DNA from: Octopus sinensis
Lineage: Eukaryota
Direction: 5' to 3'
NCBI RefSeq assembly: GCF_006345805.1
Contig: NC_043000.1
Span: 155,930,001 to 155,994,000, forward strand
DNA: 64,000 nucleotides
Position numbers and translations under genes: made by a program. This document shows positions 48,780 through 60,074 of this stretch, in pieces (within the stretch, counting starts at the first letter, position 1; every line of letters starts with the position of its first letter). The notes beneath the pieces are model-generated. The model searched no databases, had not been told where the DNA came from, and was given only the letters and a program-made list of their open reading frames with translations.

Positions 48780-49272
48780 CTGGCAGCAGCTCTCACGGCT
48801 TCTGATTTTAACTGATTGGAAGTGTTTACATAAACGTGTTTGGTCTTGGTATGAAAAGATGGGCTACAACAAATATTCTGCTCAATACCACAGATTTGCT
48901 TGTCAGTTTCTTGACCTTAACAAACTGAGCAAGTTCCTTAGTGGCTGACAACATGTGCATCTCTGAGCATGAGCAGACTGGAGGGTGGGAGTATCACTGC
49001 CATATGTTGTAAGGAATTCTTTAGGGTTTGAACAATTCACTTTGGGAAACTTCGGTATTTTGTTCATCATCCTTCAGCAACACTCACTGAGGGACCTTTT
49101 TAAGTGGGATGGACTGAAGAAAATTCCAACTGGGCCCTATTTGCAAGGACTTGCGTTGTTTATCTTGATGAGATCACTATGCCATGCACATATGGTTGTG
49201 ATACATGTGCCTGGTGTACCCTTATTAGAGGGTAGTCATAATAGGTATGTTGGGTTTGACAACCAGTGTTAG
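48780..49272 (+). mobile_element. Diverged copy of the 560-bp AAT-associated element
   Basis: Collinear with 60085-60600 (ctgattggaagtgtt, gatgggctaca, gagatcac, cctggtgtaccctta). Confidence 0.8.
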
Positions 49273-49689
49273 CGTGTTACAGGGACATTTTTATGTCCCT
49301 GTAACTCTGGAATTTGATGGTTCGGCAAAAGAGATTGACAGAGTAAGTACCAGGCTTACAAAAAAGAAGTATAGGGGTCGATTTTTCAAGGCAGTACCCT
49401 AGCATGGTCACAGTCTAACAATTACAAAAAAAGACAGAAAAAACTACCGTAAAGCATATATTGATCTGGACAGGCAAGCATACTGGGCTGTTTTCAGTGA
49501 AGTTCTTTGTTTACATTTAAACAGATCAAGCCGTCTGTTTCCGCAGGTGAGGATGAAAAGATGAAAACAAAGGACTTAACAAACGCCAGCTTGTGAAACA
49601 GGTGAGCCAGCTAAGCTGACACACTCACCTTATGATCAATTGTGAGCTAGAGTGCATGATTGTGAGTGGGAGAATGGGTGGGGGTAATA

Positions 49690-49900
49690 TTATTCACCCA
49701 AACATCAGCTCTGACAAGAGCAAATCTATAACCAACGACGTTCCAGTTCTGGCCATCTCATCTTATTTTTCAGACATGTCGCATTAATGATTGTCAAGGT
49801 CTATACTGCCCAATGGGTTCCTTTTCTTTCGAGTGGTGGGAGTGTGATCTGAGGGAGATCTGGCGAATTAGCTGCTATTTCTAGCAGACTGAATGACTAC
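49690..49900 (+). repeat. Unclassified old dispersed repeat
   Basis: The motif gtgtgat(c/t)tg.gggagat(c/t)t.g.tgctattt is shared with inverted copies near 21090-21290, 29535-29720, 50290-50340 and 50830-50890. Confidence 0.5.
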
Positions 49901-49919
49901 GTAGACAGAACAGTGTGTG

Positions 49920-51520
49920 CGTGTGTGTGTGTGTGTGTGTGCACGCGATCACGCGATGTATGTGTGTGTGTAAGAGATAAAAATGCTGAATTTGCGCCAA
50001 TGCCAATTTAAACATCGACAATATAGCCATGTTCAGTTTCAAAAAGATATGTAAATGTATTACGGTAGTAGTGGTCGTGGTGGAAGCGGCGGCGGTAGAG
50101 AAAGAAGAAATTTGTTGTGAACGGATTCACCCGGCACGTGGACGGGACGGCGTTTCCTCTTCGGATTCAAAAGAAGAGCAGAATCAATGAATGGACGGTC
50201 ACGGATGGCACCGTAGGGATTTGATCTCAGAAATGCAGTAGCGTAAAAATAAATACAGATATTGCTTTCTATGCACCAATGACCATACCTGTACACGGTC
50301 TCTCAACTTGCTAGAAATGGCAACCAAATCTCAGATAGCACTAAGATACTTTAAGCAATGCAATCCTCGGAAAAAGCAAAATGACAGGTGTTCAAAACTG
50401 GAATTTATTTAATAATAACTTATTGTTATGATCTGTATTGGTTGTGGAAAGTTAAATCATATCCGAGTAGAGTGATCGTACCATTCTCTTCTCGGACACA
50501 AACTAGAACAAAAGCGCAACAGATGACGTTGCCCGCTGGCAACCGGAGAATCGGGGTAGAACTGGGACTAATATCACAACACCAATATGATTTCTGACAC
50601 AGCCATCAGTCTAACGTTTAGAGAAGAAAGTAAATGAAATGATATAAAGTTTACGAGACAGACATAAAACTTCATATCATCGTCGCTCATATGACGCAAT
50701 TTACATGAAAAGGTTTCAAACAGGAGTGGCGGTCACTGAACCTGCTGTAAATAAACCATAGCAAAATTTCTCTCAAATGATATCCATCATAATAAAAAGG
50801 AAATACATAACAAAGGAGCTTCTACGGGGTCGCTGGAATAGCTATGGTAGTCAATTTTTCCTCAGATTACACATTATTGTCTTGAAAGGGTGGTACGTGT
50901 GAGGTTGACTGCCTTTCATCCTTTCGGGGTCGATAAATTAAGTACCAGTTAAGCACTGGGGTCGATGTAGTCGACTTAATACCTATGTCTGTCCATGTTT
51001 GTCCCCTCTATGTTTAGCCCCTTGTGGGTAGTAAAGAAATAGGTATACATAGAATAACGTAGTTCTTAGATATTAAATGTCTGAGATAAATAGAGTTACA
51101 GGTGGAACGGTTTGGTCAGAACGCCTGAGAGGCCAACGCGGAGGAAAACAACAGAAGGAATGTAGTCCTAGATACACCAGGGCAGGTAAAAAGAAAAAAA
51201 GACGGGGTGGTCAAGAATGGAGTGCCTTTGGCCATATATAACTAACGGACCATCGTACTTCTATCTCGACTTAATAAAAACCGTTTCATTCACTCAAATA
51301 AGTAGGATCTAGTTACTAGATGATGACCAATTGCTTGAATATAAATAAATAGATGAACTAAAGTTGTTTTTTTTTTTGTCATATTCGTTTAGAGCAAGTT
51401 GTTTTACACATATTACACTATTTTTCTTTTTGTTTTGGTGCCCGGGTCAGCCCCTCAGACGCTTTCGGAAATTCCCGATGTGAATTTTCCGAGGCCTCTC
51501 CCCTTTCGCGTGCGCGCATT
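49920..51520. promoter_or_regulatory. CpG-enriched region, candidate VPS13B promoter and non-coding first exon
   Basis: Non-repeat CpG clusters at 50060-50230, 50460-50560 and 51450-51520 in an otherwise CpG-poor background. A possible minus-strand donor acc|GTAATA sits at 50063. No transcript evidence. Confidence 0.3.
50900..51045 (+). mobile_element. SINE-B, 5'-truncated
   Basis: Central domain and tail present. Confidence 0.88.
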
Positions 51521-52589
51521 TTTTTTTTTTTTTTTTTCATATTCGTTCAGAGGAATTTGTTTTACACCTATTACACACATTTTTGGGGGTTTCTTTAAAT
51601 GGTGTAACGCTTTAGTTTAACCCTAAAGTCTGGCTAGAATACGAATTTCAGTCAAATGAAATTAACATTTTACATTTATACTTAGGGCACTGATTAGTAA
51701 TTATAGCCAAAAAAACAAGAGAGACATCTGCGAATAAATATATAAATGACTCACGATGTAATTTTGTCATCAAGATAAACATTGAAATGCGATCAAAGCA
51801 TTCCTTGCAATTATTCTCTTCTCTTTGTTTTGGAAATATAAATAAATTCCTTTCAACAGTTTTTTTTCCTTTTTCTGTCCAAATTAATTAACACATAGGT
51901 GTTTAACCAGTTTAATTAATTATAGCCGTACCTACCTGAGTATTCGGTTTCAAATCATGTGTATCGTATAAATAAACAGACTGGATCTCTCCGAGGAGAC
52001 TCCAGTCACATCCTCTCCAACCATGACTCTTAAACACTAATCACCTACTGCCAACTCATGCGGTGACCATACAAAATATGTCGCTCTTCTAAATTATTTC
52101 CGAATCATTACTTTATTCTTTTCCCTTTTTTTTTTTTTTCACCATCAAAGTACATGAGATAGATTTCTTGTCAATAAAGAGGATAAATGTGCCGGTAATT
52201 AATAATTTTTAATTATATATTCAAATGTTTTCCTCAATCGAAAATCTTTATATAATTTCCGTATTTTCTCTTTGGATCCAAACGATTTTTATTTTCTAAA
52301 CTTATCTCCCTTACACTTATAAATATATTCAGTAGAGAAGAAGTATTATGTTAGAAAATATTCTTAGCATTTCTCTTAAGGAAATGGATCAGTTGCATTA
52401 TTTTACATTGAAAGTAATTGCAAATCAATAATCATAATTTTGACTTGTTCTCTATAAAAATAAAAAAGTATTTTTATATTTTACTTCCAACTTACTGGGA
52501 AAGTCCAACCGAAATACTCAAGAACAAAAGCAGGGGTTATTCCCCTTTAGAATTAACACGATCCCAAGGATTAAATGTCAAAATCATCA

Positions 52590-53055
52590 TTATCGCCGTC
52601 GTTTAACGTCCGCTTTCCATGCTTGCATGGGTTGGACGATTTTGACTGAGGGCTGGCGAACTAGATGGCTGCACCATGCTCCAATCTTGATCTAACAGAG
52701 TTTCTACAGCTGGATGCCCTTCCTAACGCCATCCACTCCGAGAGTGGTGTAGTGGGTGCTTTTTACGTGCTACCGGCTCGGGGGCCAGTCAGGCGGTACT
52801 GGCAGGTCGACTTTGCTTTTCATCCTTTCGGGGTCGATAAAATAAGTACCAGTTACGCACTGGGTTCGATATAATCGACTTAATCCGTTTGTCTGTCCTT
52901 GTTTGTCCTCTCTGTGTTTAGCTCCATGTGGGTAGTAAAGAAATAGGTACTGGCAATGACCTCGCTCGAATCTTTTTACACATGCCACCAACACAGATGC
53001 CTGTAAGTTGACGCTGGTAACGATCTCGCTCGAATGGTGCCTTTTACGTACCACC
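52590..53055 (-). mobile_element. RTE-E 3' UTR copy interrupted by SINE-B
   Basis: Same terminus. Confidence 0.85.
52805..52945 (+). mobile_element. SINE-B, 5'-truncated, nested in an RTE 3' UTR copy
   Basis: 10-bp TSD ggtactggca at 52795-52804 and 52946-52955. Confidence 0.92.
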
Positions 53056-53611
53056 AAAAAATCCATGTAAAATTATATTAGGTCTTATAAACACAACTTT
53101 GAAATATAAAGGAGCTGCAGATCCACAAACAGGAACCACGTTACCAACCAGTCATTTTTGTAGAGATAAATTAGTTACTAAAACGTAAGAGATTTAAGTC
53201 TCCAATTTGAGAAAAGGAACTAACAGACGTTCTCGTGCAGTTTTGTAATGGGAATCCCGTCAGGGGATCTATTCTTGTTCTATTTCAAATTGATACTTAC
53301 TGATTCCTTACAAATGAACAAAGCCTGAAATTATGTGAATGGAAAAAAGCGATTACACTGGACCCACCACCACCAGCACCATTATTTCGTTAACCACTAG
53401 AAATATGAAAGGCAAAGCTGAACTTGGCAGGGTTCGAACTCAGAACATAAAGCATCGATAATAAAATACTACAAGGCATTTTTTTATTTCCTCCCCACCT
53501 TTTATCTCAGAGTCGATGCAATCGATTAGGTCCCTCACCCTTGTGCCTATACTAGAAAGGATTATAATTTCATTTATTTTTGTTGCTAGAGAAAATGCGT
53601 TATTCAGTATT

Positions 53612-53822
53612 TATTTCTTTATTCAACATATATATTTCTTTATTTCCTGCCTCTCTTCTTAAAAGAGTACAACAGGGGTCGCCACCACCCCCTGCCGGAG
53701 CCTCGTTGAGCTTTTAGGTGTTTTCGCTCAATAAACACACACAACGCCCGGTCTGCGAATCGAAACCGCGATCCTCCGACCACGAGTCTGCTGCCCTAAC
53801 CACTGGGCCATTGTACTTCCAC
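53612..53822 (-). mobile_element. Short SINE: C head with an AATAAAGAAATA-type tail
   Basis: 16-bp TSD tgcgttattcagtatt at 53596-53611 and 53823-53838. Confidence 0.82.
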
Positions 53823-53932
53823 TGCGTTATTCAGTATTACTCAGGCATTAGAGAAAATTTGTGAAGGGTCAGCAGTAAATCAGAATCTACCAACCATCTC
53901 AGTCTCCTTTGCTATTAGTTCTATTTCCTTTT

Positions 53933-53987
<55 letters not shown>

Positions 53988-54487
53988 GTTCTCCCATCTT
54001 ATAAAAGGAAACGTTGGATAATATCCGCCTGGGTTCAGTACCGTCTCAAGTCTTGAGCATACGGAGCAGATACTCCAGAGATCTTCACCGGTCTAGATGA
54101 GACCAGTAGTAATCTGTAGCAGAGGTGATTTACGAGTGTCCGAGGCAGCCGGTACGTTCACCGTGAAAAAATTAGAGTGCTTAGAGCGAGCCCCGCAGGC
54201 TTGCATACGAAAAGCATGGAATGATGTATGAGATGTTTTCGTTAGGGGTTATTTAGGCTTAAATACCCGGATATCGGCTCCACAAGCTTTTTCGCTGCAG
54301 CAGGTCACATGACCTTGTGATTACCTGAAATTGTTGTTTGTATCGGTCGGTTTTCAGCCGTCCGATCGTGTGGGTGCAACAGTTTGTTTTTCCTTACGCA
54401 GAAAATTAATCACCAGCGCAAGGAACCTACTGATCTCTATAAGAACGACAGTTCTCGACTGCTCTTGGTCTTTGGCACACGCCACTG

Positions 54488-55826
54488 CGAGCAAGCTGAC
54501 ATTCATAGCCCAGAAGTGGTCTGAGAGGAAGTTATCCTTGTTGGGAAGGGCGGAGGTTGTGCAGGTGTTCATGGCATCTGTGATGACCTACCGCCTAACC
54601 GTCGTGCCTTGCCCCAGTTTGTGGATGACCAAGTTGGAGCGGATCCTTTCCCACATTTTGTGGGGAGGTAAAACTCCACTTGTGAGGCGCTCCATCTGTT
54701 GCCAGAAACCATTAAAGGGTGGGCTGGGGAAGCCCTGGCTAATGATGCGCAAGTACGCGCTGGGGCTGAGACATCGCCGGTGCCACCTGGATGGTGAGCT
54801 GGTGTGGTCATCGCATGCCGAGCAGTTCTTCCCAAAGGTAAAGTGCCTTGTGGACTTAGGTGCATGGATCACGCGGAGACCCAAGTTTGGGGAATGGCGA
54901 GAGGAGTGCAGACAAGCACTTTCCCTCCTCTCTCGAGTGAGCAATGCTGACAGCAGAATTACCACAGCGGATTTTTATAGCGGGTTGGTAGAGCTTAAGT
55001 CCGACGATGTCCTGGGGGAGACTCTAGGTTTCGATAAGAGGCAGCTAGCCGACCTGTTCGGGAGAACTTTCGGGTCGAAATCTCTGGATAGCTACCAGAA
55101 ATCTTTGACCTGGTTGTGCTACCGATCGGCTTTACCGGTTCGAGAAAGGTTGTCAAGGCATGGTACTGACATCTCCCCCACGTGTTCGAGGTGCAGGCGT
55201 GCCAGTGATACGGTTACGCACGCCTTCGTATACTGTGAGGAGTTGAAGGAGTTGATGACCTTTGCCGAACAGCTGATGTCGGATGCAGAAAGAGTACGGC
55301 TCTCGTCTGAGTCCATGATAAAGATTGTACCACCTTCCTCTTTCACCAAAGAAAAGAAGGTAGTTTTTGTCTGCGTAGTAACCATACTGAAAGATGTGGT
55401 ATGGAAGACGCGAGCGAAAGGGATTGCGACAGGCCAATTCATCTCCGGACGTGGGCTGGGGAATTATTTCGCCGCCCGTCTGTCCAGCAGAGTCCGTCTG
55501 GAGAGGAGGAGCCTACCGCAAAGAGTATTTGGAAAAAGATGGACGGAAGTAGTAAGAAAGTTGAGAATGCAAGGAGCCGTGCTTGCACGGTCGGTCCTGG
55601 CATAAAGGGATCACCAAGAGGAAATCAACCGGTGGGTTAGTTCACTAACCTGGAAAAAAAAAAAACAATCGTAATTATCATCTATATTTTTAATTTCATA
55701 TCATTCGCCGCACATATAAGCCCATTCGACTTTATTTAATGTAACGAGTGCATCTGACCTTTATGTGTACTTTGTCTGTCCTTGTTTGTCCTCTCCATGT
55801 ATCCTGTTATAGGAAATAAAGAAAAC
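54488..55826 (+). mobile_element. 5'-truncated Tx1/L1-clade LINE (ORF2 C-terminus and 3' UTR)
   Basis: WSERKLSLLGRAEV, KGGLG and the CCHC knuckle CSRCRRASDTVTHAFVYC; stop at 55605; perfect 18-bp TSD ctttggcacacgccactg at 54470-54487 and 55827-55844. Confidence 0.93.
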
Positions 55827-56003
55827 CTTTGGCACACGCCACTGACCACACGCAACTCGTCTCCGGCAGCAATGTATCTGACACTAGCCAGTCTCCGCTT
55901 TCACCTCTATCAGACACCTGCGTACATCGTTGCTGTATGAACATCACGCAACCAACAAACCAACGGCTGCCTCTACACACCATCAAACAGTACGTCAATT
56001 ATG

Positions 56004-56387
56004 GTGGAGGCGCAATGGCCCAGTGGTTAGGGCAGCGGACTCGCGGTCGTAGGATCGCGGTTTCGATTCCCAGACCGGGCGTTGTGAGTGTTTATTGAGC
56101 GAAAATACCTAAAGCTCCACGAGGCTCCGGCAGGGGATGGTGGTGATCCCTGCTGTACTCTTTCACCACAACTTTCTCTTAATCTTACTTCCTGTTTCTG
56201 TTGTACCTGTATTTCAAAGGGCCGGCCTTGTCATTCTCTGTGTCACGCTGAATATCCCCGAGAACTACGTTAAGGGTACACGTGTCTGTGGAGTGCTCAG
56301 CCACTTACACGTTAATTTCACGAGCAGGCTGTTCCGTTGATTCGGTTCAACCGGAACCCTCGTCGTCGTAACCGACGGAGTGCTTCC
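56004..56387 (+). mobile_element. SINE-C, full length
   Basis: Perfect 12-bp TSD acgtcaattatg at 55992-56003 and 56388-56399. Confidence 0.94.
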
Positions 56388-57681
56388 ACGTCAATTATGT
56401 CTGCAAGATCAACAGTCCAGCCTAACCGCAAAGTCTCTCACACATCTTAGTTGTAACCTGTTATGTTATTTTATTTCATGTCTTGCAATCATTGTATTTT
56501 ATAATAAATCGTCGCTTACCTGTTCATTTTCATCTCATGTCGTATATCCATTTTCACTTTTCCTCATTTACCCATCTTCGTTAGTAATCTATATATTGAC
56601 TGCTTTATCCGGTGACCTATGACACTGTTATGATAGCCTTGCTTGAGTTCTGCTTACAGAAGGCATATGATGGCGCCGATAGATAAAATATCTATTCCAT
56701 TATAAACTCATCACACATACTGAGTGGACATAATTTTTGATCGTGAAGAATTTCCAAACAGCTGTTCGAGTAATTAAGTTATTTTCCTACAAGGTAACGG
56801 GTTGACAGTGGTTATACTCCTGGCAAAACTATTCATCTTACAAACGACGTGATTCATCTCGCTGTACATGCCGTCAAGTGATACTGCTTTAATATTGTAA
56901 GAAATAGAAACCTTATATAACCAGAGAGTATTATATTACTCGGTGGCAATACCCGACATTCGAAACCAGTCACTTCAGTAAAGAGCGAAGGCCACAGCAT
57001 ATCAAGTTTCCATAATTGGTGGTGACTGTTCTTACCAGGTGATATGATCCATATTTCAGCCAATCGTTGATTTTGTGCATTTGTGTGATGTCAAGACCAA
57101 TGGAAAATCCCATGTAGTTTTGCACCAATCATAGTTATAAATCGAGATGAGCGGTACAATACAAGTCAGAGGATTCATAGAAGTTTTCTTCGTTAGTCAG
57201 TAGCTATGCTGCTCTGACCTCGTGACAGAAGGCTGTTCTTAGTTTGGATCGTTACCTTTAGGTACCCAGTTTGGCTCATCACATGATGGTCCAGTTCTAG
57301 CTTTACGCGGGCTGTCCACCCCATCACGTAATAGATTAGGCAGGCGCGCCACCATCAGCTATACCAGGGTAGTCTTCCTGCAATATCTTCAGTGAGGTGG
57401 GTTACACGATGAACTTCGGATCTTCGATATAGAGCAAGTTTTACCCCACTATGCATTTCGAGCGAGGAGAGAATTGTCAACAGAGACTTTTGTCACCATG
57501 CTTTGTATTTTGTCCCTCGCTTCATGTTAAAGCTGCATGAGGAACTTATATATTTTTATTAACAGAATTATTCATGTGTACCAGTTTGTTGTGTCTTCTT
57601 TTGTGGCAGTCAACTTTGTAACTTGTGTCTTCGTATTTTCTTTATGCTCTTTATCATGACTCGTTTGAAATCAGATTATAA

Positions 57682-57909
57682 ATCAGAGCTGGCAGAAACG
57701 TTAGCACGCCGGGCGAAATGCTTAGCAGTATTTCGTCTGCCGCTACGTTCTGAGTTCAAATTCCGCCGAGGTCGACTTTGCCTTTCATCCTTTCGGGGTC
57801 GATTAATTAAGTACCAGTTACGCACTGGGATCGATATAATCGCCTTAATCCGTATGTTTGTCCTTGTTTGTCCCCTCTGTGTTTAGCCCCTTGTGGGTAG
57901 TAAAGAAAT
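57682..57909 (+). mobile_element. SINE-B
   Basis: 9-bp TSD agattataa. Confidence 0.92.
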
Positions 57910-58622
57910 AGATTATAATATTACCATGGCCTTTGCCGCATGCACCTTTTTCACCCCATTAAAAGACCACCTCTCGTTAAGCACGAACACATACGATTTC
58001 CACCTTCGCCAAGCATGCGCTCTCACGCATTAGCTACTTGCATTCAGAACGGTAGCTTTTTGTAAAGTAACAATTGTAACATCAGCCTGCAAATAAGCAT
58101 GTAAATGAAATCTAAATATTGTGATTGGTTTTATTGGGAGTAGCACACAGCCAAATGAAATAACCCAGCTCTTAGCTAACCACTACAACAAACTGGTGAC
58201 CCCAACAGCGAAAGTGAGCCGCTCAACCATACCACAAATTGGTAACTGTGGCGTAGACATTAACACAACAGTTGGTTCCCCTAACAACGCTCAGTCACAA
58301 ATCCATTATCACAACCTGATCGCAAACTGTTAACATTCAACATAGCAGATTGGTTTATCACCGCACATCCACAAATTGGCGATCAGACCGCTAACATGGA
58401 GACTGACTTGACATTCAAGGAAAACAAATGACGGTCATCATTGATAGGCTTTAGGAAGCTTTTGCGAACTCATTACCAGCTCAACTCTCTCCGCCATGCA
58501 CAACCCCTACATAACCAAAAGACGAATACTGCATATTTTCTCATAAAACTTCCATCTCTATGAAAGACATTAGTATCAGAAGCCGTCAGAGAGTACATTG
58601 GCCAACCAGATATGCACTAATA

Positions 58623-58919
58623 TCTTTATATATAAAATTGAAGTTGTGTGTGTGAGACTCTGTCTCCTCCGATTTAGATTCCTAACTACTCCCACATTTT
58701 GCGGTGCAGTTTAACCAAAAGCGGGTATCTTATAGTCGTGATTCATATCGAGCCCTTCTGGGTATTAGCGCGCATCTACGATGAGTCTACGATTTAAAAA
58801 AAAATTTACCATCATTTTTAATGATTTTTGCTCGGGTTATATAAGGGAAGTAACTCTCTAAAAATGCTTATATAGTTATTTCCCTTACAAACCCGAGTAA
58901 CGCCAAGCGATACTGCTAG
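58623..58919 (+). mobile_element. Non-autonomous Helitron
   Basis: A|TCTTTATATATAAAA...CTAG|T. Confidence 0.9.
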
Positions 58920-59200
58920 TTTTATACATATTCTTTTTTTTTCTTAATGTTAAACAAAAATTATATAGAAGAGAATTGTACATGGTATCTTTTTTCTCTT
59001 TGTATATGCTTAGCATTTCAGCAACAATTGTCATTCTTGAAACTCTCTGATTACAGACAATTCATTTTACTTGTCTCCATTTTCAGTTGCATTTACTTTT
59101 GTGTTTTGTATTTTAATTCCATGCCTTTTTACTTTGTTCCCAGGCTGCGTTTTAAAATTTAGGTCTAATTTACGTACACACATACTTTTTCCTCCATCCC

Positions 59201-59650
59201 TATTTCTTTACTACCCACAAGGGGCTAAACACAGAGGGGACAAACAAGGACAGACAAACGGATTAAGTCGATTATATCGACCCCAGTGCGTAACTGGTAC
59301 TTTATTTATCGACCCCGAAAGGATGAAAGGCAAAGTCGACCTCGGCGGAATTTGAACTCAGAACGTAACGGCAGACGAAATACAGCTACGCATTTAGCCA
59401 GGTGTGCTAACGTTTCTTATTTCTTTATTACCCACAAGGGGCTAAACACAGAGGGGACAAACAAGGACAGAGAAACGGATTAAGTCGATTACATCGACCC
59501 CAGTGCATAACTGGTACTTAATTTATCGACCCCGAAAGGATGAAAGGCAAAGTCGACCTCGGCGGAATTTGAACTCAGAACGTAACGACAGACGAAATAC
59601 GGCTACGCATTTCGCCAGGTGTGCTAACGTTTCTGCCAGCTCACCGCCTT
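59201..59650 (-). mobile_element. SINE-B head-to-tail dimer
   Basis: Two units joined near 59416; one 15-bp TSD tttttc(c/t)tccatccc flanks the pair. Confidence 0.9.
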
Positions 59651-60034
59651 TTTTTCTTCCATCCCGTGTACGTTACTTTTCGTACACATTTTCCTGCACA
59701 TTTTACTCATGTTGACAACGTCTTTGTCCTGCAATTTCATTGTCAATTATTGTAGAACGTTTTAAAACTCGCCAGCAATTGTTCAGTTATCTGCAGATTC
59801 CTTACTGCATGACACTTCATTCTAGGTCTACATTCGATTTCTATGCATATTTAACACGGTGTCTTTTCTTTGCCAGTTTTCAACCCACCATTATGCACGC
59901 CTAATACATTGTTCTTTTGCTTCAAAATGGTTTTCGCTATCCAGTTTTGGAATTAATATTTTTCTTTAAAAGCATTCAACTTTTTCTGCACTTTTTAATT
60001 TCAAACATGCATACATTCTGCACATCATGTCGTC

Positions 60035-60070
<36 letters not shown>

Positions 60071-60074
<4 letters not shown>

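Noticed and set aside
54331-54487. First ~52 codons of the 424-aa ORF as part of the LINE, or as a 5' inversion
   Set aside because: The 18-bp TSD shows the LINE starts at 54488. The upstream codons are host sequence that happens to be in frame, and its reverse strand shows no RT motifs.
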